From: Bacteroidota bacterium
GTDB lineage: Bacteria; Bacteroidota; Ignavibacteria; UBA10030; JAZGDE01
Assembly (NCBI GenBank): GCA_036477295.1
Contig: JAZGDE010000001.1
Span: forward strand, 1 to 49,788
Length of the DNA stretch: 49,788 nt
Direction of reading: 5' to 3'
Part shown: positions 11,687-20,889 of the stretch, one piece after another
Layout: every line of letters starts with the position of its first letter
Position numbering within the stretch: the first letter of the stretch is position 1
Notes under the pieces: model-generated
Seen by the model: only the letters and a program-made list of their open reading frames with translations
Told to the model about the DNA's origin: nothing
Databases searched by the model: none
Program-made: the position numbers and the translations under genes

Positions 11687-13591
11687 GTGAACCCGAGGTT
11701 AAATCTTCTCGTTTGTGCTCTGCTGTTCGTCTCGCTGGCACTAGCGCGTTCTGAGGACCAGATCGTAACAATCAGACCGGAAAAACCGGCTGTCGGAATA
11801 GAGATCACGATACGCTACAATCCGACGGTAAAAGGCGCAACACTCTTTGGCGCAGAAGCTCTGGATGTGCAGCTACTTATGTTCCGGAGGAAGGACATGC
11901 CACTTCTCATCGAAGTACCGATGAAAAAGAGGGGGAAAATTTGGGAAGCGAAAATGAAGCTGGATGACACCAAGAGTGTATTTGGCATGATCCGGTTTCT
12001 TTCGGAAAAACTTGTGGATAACAACGAGGACCAGTACTGGGACTTCCTTGTGTATGATAATAGCGGCAAGCCGATGGAAAGTGCATACTTAGCGCGATCC
12101 TACTCATACCAGTATCCGTCTTCACCGGACTTCAAGCGGGGAAAAGATTTGTCGCGCGCTCGCGAGGAAGCTCTAAAGGAAGAGTCGCTCTATCCCAATC
12201 GACCGCAGACAAAATTAGGCATTTTGGGGATTGAACTTGCCGACACGGGCTTGGACCCGACTCTGATCCGCAAGATCGCACGACAGCTCGATACGATGGC
12301 GGAGCAGCATGCTGAGGACCAGGAACTTCTGTCGTCGGTCGTTTTCTTCTACAAGAGGCTAGGTCTTGCCGAGAAGGGCCAGGCGTTGCAGGATCGCCTC
12401 ATCGAAGAAAAACCGAAGGGAAAACTTGCTCAGCAGGTAAGGTTCCAGCGGATCTTCAAAGTTCGCAATGCTGGTCAGCGTGCTGAGCGGGCAGTTGAAT
12501 TCTTGAAGGAGTTTCCGGAGGTGGGTTCGGATCAGAAATCGACCGTGGCCCGGATCTTGATTCAGGCCAAGCAATTTGACAAGGCAGAAGAGATTATACT
12601 CTCTCTGCAGCCTCCGAATGGGAACCTGCTCAACAGCATCGCGTGGGAATACATCGAGAAGGAGACGAACTTAGAGCGAGGCGTCGAATTGGCAAAACAG
12701 GGCGTCCAGGCTCTGAGGAACATAAATCCAAGCTCGAAACCGCCACACATTTCCAAGAAGCAGTGGGAGCAATCGAGTCGCAGAACTCTCGGTTTCACCC
12801 TTGATACATACGCGTACGGTCTTTTCAAGCTTGAGCGCTACAAGGATGCACAGAAAGCCTATCGCGAAGCCTACGACCTTACTGGGGGCATGAATGCTGA
12901 TATCAACGAGCGGCTCGTGCAGTCCTATCTTCTGAACGGCGAGTACGACGCTGCGATCGAGGTGACCAAAGAGTGCGTTGAGAAGTCGAAGTACAACGAC
13001 AAGTTGCTCGAATACGGTAAGGAGGCGTTGGCGAGAAAGGAAGGGTCGGCGGAAGGATTCGACCTCCTGTTGCATGCTGCTGAGAAGCGAGCGATGGCGA
13101 AAGCGAAGGAAGAACTGCGAGGGAAACGATTTACGAAAGCCGCACCGGACTTCGAGGCAGAGAATCTCTCTGGCGAAGTCATCCAGCTTGCGAAGCTCAA
13201 AGGGAAGGTTGTCGTACTCGATTTCTGGGCCACGTGGTGTGGTCCTTGTAGAGCAGCATTTCCTTTTGTGCAGAAAGTGTACGAAAAATACCGTGAGAAT
13301 TCTGATGTCATGATTCTTGCTGTCAATACTTGGGAACGTGTAAAAGGGGCCGAGCGAGTAGACGTGGTCGAGAACTTCATGGAGAAAAACAACTACACAT
13401 TCCCAGTGGTCTATGACGAAAGTAAGGTGGTGGACAAGTACGAAGTCGAGGGCATACCGACTCAATTCTACATCGACCGGGAGGGAACGATCCAATTTAA
13501 AGAAGTTGGGTTCCATGGTCCCGAGTTGGAATACTCGATGGCCATGATGATCGACATGCTCCTGAGCGGGGAGATCCTTTCCGTGAAGTAG
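11687..13591 (+). CDS. Exported TPR-containing TlpA/redoxin (thiol-disulfide oxidoreductase)
   Basis: RBS GGAGG and GTG start; signal peptide; helical TPR-like middle; C-terminal APDF...KGKVVVLDFWATWCGPC...GIPT redoxin domain. Confidence 0.88.
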   Translation: MNPRLNLLVCALLFVSLALARSEDQIVTIRPEKPAVGIEITIRYNPTVKGATLFGAEALDVQLLMFRRKDMPLLIEVPMKKRGKIWEAKMKLDDTKSVFGMIRFLSEKLVDNNEDQYWDFLVYDNSGKPMESAYLARSYSYQYPSSPDFKRGKDLSRAREEALKEESLYPNRPQTKLGILGIELADTGLDPTLIRKIARQLDTMAEQHAEDQELLSSVVFFYKRLGLAEKGQALQDRLIEEKPKGKLAQQVRFQRIFKVRNAGQRAERAVEFLKEFPEVGSDQKSTVARILIQAKQFDKAEEIILSLQPPNGNLLNSIAWEYIEKETNLERGVELAKQGVQALRNINPSSKPPHISKKQWEQSSRRTLGFTLDTYAYGLFKLERYKDAQKAYREAYDLTGGMNADINERLVQSYLLNGEYDAAIEVTKECVEKSKYNDKLLEYGKEALARKEGSAEGFDLLLHAAEKRAMAKAKEELRGKRFTKAAPDFEAENLSGEVIQLAKLKGKVVVLDFWATWCGPCRAAFPFVQKVYEKYRENSDVMILAVNTWERVKGAERVDVVENFMEKNNYTFPVVYDESKVVDKYEVEGIPTQFYIDREGTIQFKEVGFHGPELEYSMAMMIDMLLSGEILSVK

Positions 13592-13881
13592 GGCCTATGG
13601 ACCTCTGTCAGCGCTCCGATTGTGTTCGCAAGAGTTACACGAGATGTGCCTGATCCGATCTCTCAAATCATCAATTGAGTGTTAACAGTCGCTCAGACAG
13701 TTTCTCTCGCTGTTCCCATCTCAACGCCGTTGTCGGCTTCGCTATCGGTTTGCAACAATCCAAGGATAGTTCACGCCACGCGGTCGAGTCCAAATGATTT
13801 TCTACCAATCAAGTGCGACCATGTCCGAGCATAAGGTGGCCAGCCAACCAATTGTGTTTTACTTTGAGACTCCATAGGGAT

Positions 13882-16542
13882 GTGAATCACAGGTTCTCCT
13901 TACTCGCCCTTACCACTTGCATTGGAATGCCCTTCGCTGTCGTGTTGTTCAGCGCAGCGGGGTGGGCCGTCCAGGATCCTAACGAGACATCCACCTACAC
14001 TCTGCATGCTAATCGGATTCAGGAAGAAGCTGTCGACCTTGACGGTTGGCTCACCGAGGAGGTCTGGCAGCGGGCCGACGTCGGCACTGGCTTTACCCAG
14101 CGCGAGCCCGCCGATGGCAACCCGGCCACGGAGCGGACAGAGGTTCGGGTACTGTACACCTCTCATGCCATCTACGTGGGCGTCCGCGCTTTCGACTCTC
14201 AGCCCGAGGAAATCCGTGCAGAGCTTGCCCGCCGTGATGGACAATCCCAATCTGACGAAATCGGCATCTACTTTGACTCTTACCATGACCGGCGCACTGC
14301 TTTCGAGTTCACGGTTAACCCGCGTGGCTCGATTCGCGATGTGTATTACTTCGGTGATTCTCCGGAAAACTCGGATGATTCGTGGGACCCTGTATGGGAG
14401 GTAAGAACAGCTATTGATAGCGATGGCTGGACTGCAGAATTTCGGATACCGCTAACCCAGTTGCGTTTCGACCGCGGAAAGACAACCTGGGGTTTCCAGG
14501 TGTATCGTCGCATCCAACGGAAGGCTGAAGAGGTCTACTGGGCGCCGTATTCAAAAGAGGCCAGTGGTTTTGTATCACTTTTCGGTACACTCAACGGACT
14601 CGAAGGTCTTTCCCAACCCATGCGACTCGAGGTCCGACCTTACACAGTCGTGAACAATCGCTATCGCCCCGAGAGCTCAGGGAGCCTCTTTGCCCCCCGA
14701 CAGCAGGCGCAAGTCGACGGTGGGCTCGATCTGAAGTACGGCATCACTTCTGACTTCACTTTGGACCTTAGTGTGAACCCAGACTTTGGACAGGTCGAGG
14801 CAGATCCGTCCGTGGTGAACCTATCGGCGTTTGAGAGTTTTTTCCCAGAGAAGCGGCCGTTCTTCGTCGAGGGCTCGGGGCTTTTCTCTGTCCGCCTTCC
14901 AGTGGGGGACCTATTCTATTCGCGCCGGATCGGGCGTCCACCACAGGGACTTGCTGCTGCGCCGGTCAAGGGGACCGTTGAGATTCCTGAGGCTACCACG
15001 ATCATCAGCGCAGCGAAGGTAACGGGTAAGAGTGCTGGCGGACTCGGGCTGGGGATCATGAGCGCGGTGAGCCCAGAGGAACAAGCTACTCTTCGCGATT
15101 CAACGGGTGCAAAGATCGGTAACGAAGTGGTTGAGCCCTTGACACATTACTTCGCCAGCCGGATCGAGCAGGATTTCCGGGAGGGCAGCCATACAATCGG
15201 GGCCATGTTCACGGCGGTGAACAGAAGGCTCAGCGACAACCTGAGCTTCTTGCGGTCCGCAGCTTACGTCGTTGAGGCTGACGGCGTACACCGCTGGCAG
15301 AAAAACACTTACGCGGTCCGATGGCAACTCGCCGGAAGTCATCTCCGGGGTAGCCGTGACGCGATCACCGCCGCACAGCGATCGTCGCTTCACTACTATC
15401 AGCGTCCCGACGCGTCTCACGTTGAGGTGGACACATCTCGCACGAACCTGTCGGGATACTCGCTGAGGCTGCAAGCCGGCAAGGAAGCTGGGAGGTGGCA
15501 GTACACGGCAGCCTTCGAACGAGTAACTCCAGGATTCGATGTCAGCGACATGGGTTTCCAGAGGGTGGGCGGCGGCGCACACTACGTCGAATTTTTCGGC
15601 AAGTACTTGCAGGCGCGGCCTCGGTGGATTTTTCGAAACTTCGATTTGGGGATCGGTCTCGTGCGGCAATGGACTACAGCTGGAGAGGTCGTTTTCAACT
15701 GGTTTCGTCCCATACGTCTGGATGCGACCTTCCAAAATAATTGGTGGATAAAAGTGAACCCGATGGAAGTCGGATCGTGGTCTTCGTTCTCAGTAAACGC
15801 TCTTCGCGGGGGTCCGGCACTGCGAAGGGATCCTTGGAGGGAATCTTTCATCGGCATCGGCACGGATCGACGAAAGCCTCTGGCGGTGGAACTGTGGTCA
15901 TACAAAGGAGGTGTCTTCGGAACGAGTGGAGATTGGTTCGGTGTCGAGCCGATCCTCTACATCAGGCCTAGCGACGTGCTGAACGTTACCTTGAGCCTTG
16001 ACTATGATTGGGGTCGCAATCCGACTCAGTGGGTTGGCCAAGGGACGCCCCTAGACCCGAACCGCTATATCCTTGCGGAGATCGATCGGAGAACTCTTAG
16101 TTTGACCACACGGCTGAACTGGACCCTCACGCCTAATCTGTCTATCGAGTTTTACGGACAGCCTTTTGTTTCTTCCGGAGCCTACAGTCAGTTTAAAGAG
16201 GTTACCGAGCCCCGTGCCCGCAAGTTCGATGATCGTTTCCGTTTCTACGAAGATGAGCTAGTCTGTACAGAGAACGGCGAGTGCAATGTGGATCTGGACG
16301 GCGATGGCGCGACAGATTTCTCTTTCAGCAGACCCGATTTCAGCTTCCGCCAGCTCCGATCGACGCTCGTGATCCGGTGGGAGTACCGGCCTGGCTCCGT
16401 TCTTTTCTTCGCTTGGCAGCACGGGCGGCAAGCCTTTGTTCGTGACGGCACCTTTGGTGGTTTCCGGCACATGCGCGACCTCTTCTCGGAAGACTCGGAT
16501 AACACCCTCCTGGTCAAGCTTAATTACTGGTTCAGCTTTTAA
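13882..16542 (+). CDS. DUF5916 / CBM9-like domain protein, predicted outer-membrane beta-barrel (paralog 2)
   Basis: Probable GTG start at 13882 followed by a signal peptide; NPDFGQVEAD, FFPEKRPFFVEG, LFYSRRIGR and RWEYRPGS motifs; C-terminus NYWFSF; extra CTENGEC-DLDGDGATD insert. Confidence 0.82.
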   Translation: MNHRFSLLALTTCIGMPFAVVLFSAAGWAVQDPNETSTYTLHANRIQEEAVDLDGWLTEEVWQRADVGTGFTQREPADGNPATERTEVRVLYTSHAIYVGVRAFDSQPEEIRAELARRDGQSQSDEIGIYFDSYHDRRTAFEFTVNPRGSIRDVYYFGDSPENSDDSWDPVWEVRTAIDSDGWTAEFRIPLTQLRFDRGKTTWGFQVYRRIQRKAEEVYWAPYSKEASGFVSLFGTLNGLEGLSQPMRLEVRPYTVVNNRYRPESSGSLFAPRQQAQVDGGLDLKYGITSDFTLDLSVNPDFGQVEADPSVVNLSAFESFFPEKRPFFVEGSGLFSVRLPVGDLFYSRRIGRPPQGLAAAPVKGTVEIPEATTIISAAKVTGKSAGGLGLGIMSAVSPEEQATLRDSTGAKIGNEVVEPLTHYFASRIEQDFREGSHTIGAMFTAVNRRLSDNLSFLRSAAYVVEADGVHRWQKNTYAVRWQLAGSHLRGSRDAITAAQRSSLHYYQRPDASHVEVDTSRTNLSGYSLRLQAGKEAGRWQYTAAFERVTPGFDVSDMGFQRVGGGAHYVEFFGKYLQARPRWIFRNFDLGIGLVRQWTTAGEVVFNWFRPIRLDATFQNNWWIKVNPMEVGSWSSFSVNALRGGPALRRDPWRESFIGIGTDRRKPLAVELWSYKGGVFGTSGDWFGVEPILYIRPSDVLNVTLSLDYDWGRNPTQWVGQGTPLDPNRYILAEIDRRTLSLTTRLNWTLTPNLSIEFYGQPFVSSGAYSQFKEVTEPRARKFDDRFRFYEDELVCTENGECNVDLDGDGATDFSFSRPDFSFRQLRSTLVIRWEYRPGSVLFFAWQHGRQAFVRDGTFGGFRHMRDLFSEDSDNTLLVKLNYWFSF

Positions 16543-16655
16543 AAAGGAAGTAGCATACATGAGCAGTGCGGCGCCACCTTCGTTGTAACTGCGCTGTCTC
16601 ATCTGCAACATCAGAGGGCAACACTCACCTGGATATACTTCTGAAGGAGGTTTGT

Positions 16656-17996
16656 ATGACGGACGGGTATCGTCACATCTGCTGGGCGCGAGTGTTGCTC
16701 GTGCTGCTTGCTGCGGGACTCATTCTGGCATCCGGAGCGCTGGGACAGTCACTCTCCCCCACCGAGCGACGGATCGTCCAGTACGTCGATGCGCACGTCG
16801 AGGAGGCGATCGTGTTCCTCGAACGCGTCGTGAACATCAACAGCGGCACGATGAACCACGAAGGGGTGCGCGAGGTTGGGCGCATCTTCCGGGCGGAACT
16901 GGACGCACTGGGCTTCGACACCCGCTGGGTCTCGATGCCTGACAGCGTGAACCGTGCAGGTCACCTCTTCGCCGAGCGGCGCGGCGATCGTGGTAAGCGG
17001 CTGCTGTTGATTGGACACCTGGACACGGTCTTCGAAAAAGACAGCCCGTTCCAGCGCTTCGAACGGCAGGACACGATCGCTAAGGGGCCGGGTACCGAAG
17101 ACATGAAAGGCGGAAACGTGGTCATCCTATATGCCCTCAAGGCGCTGGAGGCGGTGGGTGCACTCGAAGGGACGAACATCATCGTGGCCTTCACCGGCGA
17201 CGAAGAAGATACGGGCGATCCGCTCAGCATCAGTCGTCGCGACCTGATCGAAACGGGGCAGAGAAGCGATGTGGCTCTTGGATTCGAGGGAGGTGTAGGA
17301 GGCATGAACACAGCCACGGTAGCCCGGCGCGGCTTCACCGGATGGTATTTGCGGGTATCCGGGGAGCGGGGCCATTCGTCGGTGATCTTCGGCGACCGGT
17401 ATGGAAGCGGCGCGATCTATGAAGCGGCACGTATTCTGAGCGCGTTCTACGATCAAGTGCGTGGCGAGGAGTACCTGACGTTCGGGCCAGGGATCATTCT
17501 CGGCGGGACGCAGGTTCGGTATGATACCACCCACAGCCGGGGGACCGCGTTCGGCAAGACCAATGTCATTTCACAGACAGCGACGGTGGCGGGGGACCTG
17601 CGCACGCTGACCGTCGAGCAGCGGGAACGCGCCAAACAGAGGATGCGCGAGGTGGTCGCCCGGAGCCTGCCCCGGACGTCCGCCGAAATCACGTTCCGAG
17701 ACTCGTACCCTCCAATGACGCCAACACCGGGCAACTATGCCCTCCTCGAAGAACTGGACAGGATCAGCCGGGACCTGGGTTATGGCCCGATCGAGGCCGT
17801 CGATCCCGGGCAACGCGGCGCGGCGGACGTGTCCTTTGTCGCTCCGTATGTGGACGGCCTTGACGGTCTTGGTGTCTTCGGCTCCGGTGGGCACACGCCG
17901 AACGAATTGATCGATCTCCGATCGTTACCAGTCGTGACCAAGCGCGCTGCTCTGCTCATCTACCGTTTGACCCAAGAAAACGCCGGTAGGCATTAG
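16656..17996 (+). CDS. Exported M20/M25/M40 metallopeptidase (glutamate carboxypeptidase-like)
   Basis: RBS AAGGAGG; signal peptide; GHLDTV, GTEDMKGG, GDEE, GHSS and GGHT metal-binding motifs. Confidence 0.9.
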   Translation: MTDGYRHICWARVLLVLLAAGLILASGALGQSLSPTERRIVQYVDAHVEEAIVFLERVVNINSGTMNHEGVREVGRIFRAELDALGFDTRWVSMPDSVNRAGHLFAERRGDRGKRLLLIGHLDTVFEKDSPFQRFERQDTIAKGPGTEDMKGGNVVILYALKALEAVGALEGTNIIVAFTGDEEDTGDPLSISRRDLIETGQRSDVALGFEGGVGGMNTATVARRGFTGWYLRVSGERGHSSVIFGDRYGSGAIYEAARILSAFYDQVRGEEYLTFGPGIILGGTQVRYDTTHSRGTAFGKTNVISQTATVAGDLRTLTVEQRERAKQRMREVVARSLPRTSAEITFRDSYPPMTPTPGNYALLEELDRISRDLGYGPIEAVDPGQRGAADVSFVAPYVDGLDGLGVFGSGGHTPNELIDLRSLPVVTKRAALLIYRLTQENAGRH

Positions 17997-18048
17997 ACAT
18001 CCAGATTCTTCACAAGCCTTGCATTCGCCTCGATGAACTCACGCTGCG

Positions 18049-18204
18049 GCTGCACCGTACCTCGAGGTAAAGAATCTCTCTGGTGAAGTGATCAGGCTTG
18101 CAAGGCTCAAAAGGAAGCTAGTCGTCCTCCGGTGAAATAGGCATGGCGGGCTTCTCTATGGACTCCGATTGCTCCCGCAAGAACTTCTGGAGAGGTGCCT
18201 GCTC
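18049..18204 (+). pseudogene. Internally deleted remnant duplicate of the redoxin gene 3' end and its downstream spacer
   Basis: 18051-18130 matches 13141-13220 at 64/80 nt (AAPYLEVKNLSGEVIRLARLKRKLVVL vs AAPDFEAENLSGEVIQLAKLKGKVVVL). It then jumps to GTGAAATAG (cf. GTGAAGTAG at 13583-13591), and 18163-18204 matches 13614-13655 at 31/42 nt. Confidence 0.85.
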
Positions 18205-18450
18205 TGGATTCCTGTGTGAGGAGCAGGTCCTTCTTAACTTCCGCTCGGCTTGCGGGTGACAAAAGGGTGTGCCTCGAGCGGCAAGTCCTCGATGGCAGCG
18301 CCGTCTGGTTCAATCCTCATAGAGTTCACTGCATTAGCCAATACGGTCTTAGCCGCACGAACCGACCGTTGCATGCAATTGCGTGTTCAACTTCACAATA
18401 TTCAGCCCACTTGGTGACAGAGATCCTGGCAACCTAAAGGTTCGACTGAA

Positions 18451-20889
18451 ATGTCGACACTCACTCGCACAGTCTGTTTCACAGCTATCGTTCTTCTCTT
18501 GTTGTCAGACGCGGCCCTTGCCGGAGACAATCCGAGGAGTATCCGCGCCATGCGCACGTCTGAAGCACTAAAGATCGACGGGTATCTGACCGAGCGGGTG
18601 TGGCGGGATACCGAACCTGCTAAGGATTTCATTCAGCAGAATCCTAGCGAAGGGAAACCAGCAAGCGAGCCAACAGAAATCTTCGTTCTGTACGATGACG
18701 AGGCACTCTACTTCGGCTGCATGATGTATGACTCAGAGCCGGGGAGGATCGTTGCTCGACGGACGCGCCGCGACAATGAAGTAGAGTCTGACTACATCTC
18801 GATCCGCATCGATAGCTTCCACGATCATCAAACTGCATTCGAGTTTACCGTAAACGCATCTGCGTCCAAGACTGACATCCTCATCTACAATGACAAGAAG
18901 GACGAGGACGCCTCCTGGGACGTCGTCTGGGAGGTCCGGACACAACTCCTTTCGAGCGGCTGGTCAGCGGAAGTGAAAATTCCGTTCCGCGTCTTGCGGT
19001 TTTCCGAACAATCAAAGCAAGAGTGGGGGATCAACTTTATCAGAATCATCAGTCGGAAACAGGAGCGAGATTACTGGGCGCTCATCGGAAGGACTGAGAG
19101 CGGATTCGTCTCGCGGTTCGGACATCTTGAGGGGCTGGATGACATTCCGTCCCCAGTCCGACTTGAACTTCTCTCCTATGTGGTGGGGAGCGGAGAGTTC
19201 ACGCCAGAGTCAACAGCCAACCCCGACGGCAAGGATTTTCTCAGGGACGGTGGGCTTGACCTTAAGTATGGGCTCACAGGATCCCTTACGGTCGACGTTA
19301 CTCTGAACCCCGATTTCGGACAGGTGGAAGCAGACCCAGCGGTTCTCAACCTTACGACGTTCGAAACGTTTTTCCCCGAGAAGCGCCCGTTTTTCATCGA
19401 AGGCTCCCAGGTGCTCCGGTTCACGACCTTCGGCGGAGTGTTTGGACCCGGTCTCTTCTACTCGAGGAGAATCGGACGGGGTCTGAAGGGAGATGTGAGT
19501 GCTCCTGCGGGGGGATATGTTCTCCATGAACCAACATCGACCACGATCCTCGGAGCCGCAAAACTCACGGGAAAAACAGCTGGTGGACTCGCGATCGGAG
19601 TCCTGCAAGCTGTCACACAGGAGGAAACCGCAACGCTCGTTGATTCCTCAGGTAATCGAAAGTCTCAAGTCGTTGAGCCATTTGCTCATTACAACGTAGT
19701 CCGACTCAAGCAAGACATCTGGCAGAATTCTAACGTCGGTGGCATCGTAACGTCCGTTGCGAAAAACAACAGAAGGCCGTCCTTTGTTGCTGGGGTCGAC
19801 TGGGATTTGAAGTTTCGGCAGAACAGGTACGTTGTTGACGGGTTCATTGCAGGTTCCTACACGACGAATGAACTCGAGGAGCGGATCACAGGCTCAGCGG
19901 GCAAATTCAAGCTCCAGAAAGCCGCAGGCAAACACTGGCTCTGGGACGCCTCGGTTGACTATACAACGAAAAAGTACGGCGTAAATGATCTCGGGTTCTT
20001 CTTTCGACCGAACGATTACGGGAGCAACGGAGAGCTCCGGTACCGAGAAGAGGTCCCAGGCAAAATCTTCCGCCGGTATATCGTCGGTCTTGGGTACCAT
20101 CTCCGGATGAACTTCGATGGCATCAATCTGTTTCGCCAGGTGAATTGGTTTGGGCGAGTGCAGTTTCTGAACTACTGGCAAATCGTCCTCCGCGGAAACT
20201 ATGACACCGCACTGTACGATGATCGGGAGAGTCGAGGACACGGGCTCTATCGCAAGCCGAAACCGTACGATCTCATCTTGGGTCTTGAGTCGGACCCGCG
20301 ATTACCGGTCGTGGGCGAATTCGAGCTGGGGTACAGCGGCGATGAACGAGGAGGCCGCGGATTCGTTGCAGGTGTGGCAGCTCTCGTGCGTCCGCTTTCC
20401 TGGATGGAGGTAAGTTTCTCAGTGAGATTCAATCCAGTTCGCAAGAAGGAGGCGTGGTTCGCTAATGTAGTCGATCCGCTGAACCCCTCCCGGGAGGCGT
20501 CGCTCTTCGGAAAACGAGACACCGATGAGTTCGACTTGACGTTTCGGAGTACAATGACGTTTGCCCGAGACCTGACCCTTCAGGTCTATGCGCAAGTATT
20601 TCTTGCAAAGGGACACTATGAGAATATTCAAGAGCTGATTGCTCCGAGCGAGTTCGTTCCCTTTGCGTACACGGGCAATCCAGATTTCAACAGGAAGTCT
20701 CTTAACACGAATGTGGTGTTGCGATGGGAGTATCTTCCGGGCAGCACGCTCTTTCTCGTTTGGAGCCAGGCGCGCCGCGGGGAGGGGAACGATTACTTCA
20801 CCTCATTCGGCCACAATTTCCGGGATACCTTCAAGGTGCCTTCTGATAACGTTCTGCTGCTGAAGCTGAGTTACTGGTGGAGTTTGTGA
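18451..20889 (+). CDS. DUF5916 / CBM9-like domain protein, predicted outer-membrane beta-barrel (paralog 3)
   Basis: Signal peptide; NPDFGQVEAD, FFPEKRPFFIEG, LFYSRRIGR and RWEYLPGS motifs; C-terminus SYWWSL. Confidence 0.82.
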   Translation: MSTLTRTVCFTAIVLLLLSDAALAGDNPRSIRAMRTSEALKIDGYLTERVWRDTEPAKDFIQQNPSEGKPASEPTEIFVLYDDEALYFGCMMYDSEPGRIVARRTRRDNEVESDYISIRIDSFHDHQTAFEFTVNASASKTDILIYNDKKDEDASWDVVWEVRTQLLSSGWSAEVKIPFRVLRFSEQSKQEWGINFIRIISRKQERDYWALIGRTESGFVSRFGHLEGLDDIPSPVRLELLSYVVGSGEFTPESTANPDGKDFLRDGGLDLKYGLTGSLTVDVTLNPDFGQVEADPAVLNLTTFETFFPEKRPFFIEGSQVLRFTTFGGVFGPGLFYSRRIGRGLKGDVSAPAGGYVLHEPTSTTILGAAKLTGKTAGGLAIGVLQAVTQEETATLVDSSGNRKSQVVEPFAHYNVVRLKQDIWQNSNVGGIVTSVAKNNRRPSFVAGVDWDLKFRQNRYVVDGFIAGSYTTNELEERITGSAGKFKLQKAAGKHWLWDASVDYTTKKYGVNDLGFFFRPNDYGSNGELRYREEVPGKIFRRYIVGLGYHLRMNFDGINLFRQVNWFGRVQFLNYWQIVLRGNYDTALYDDRESRGHGLYRKPKPYDLILGLESDPRLPVVGEFELGYSGDERGGRGFVAGVAALVRPLSWMEVSFSVRFNPVRKKEAWFANVVDPLNPSREASLFGKRDTDEFDLTFRSTMTFARDLTLQVYAQVFLAKGHYENIQELIAPSEFVPFAYTGNPDFNRKSLNTNVVLRWEYLPGSTLFLVWSQARRGEGNDYFTSFGHNFRDTFKVPSDNVLLLKLSYWWSL

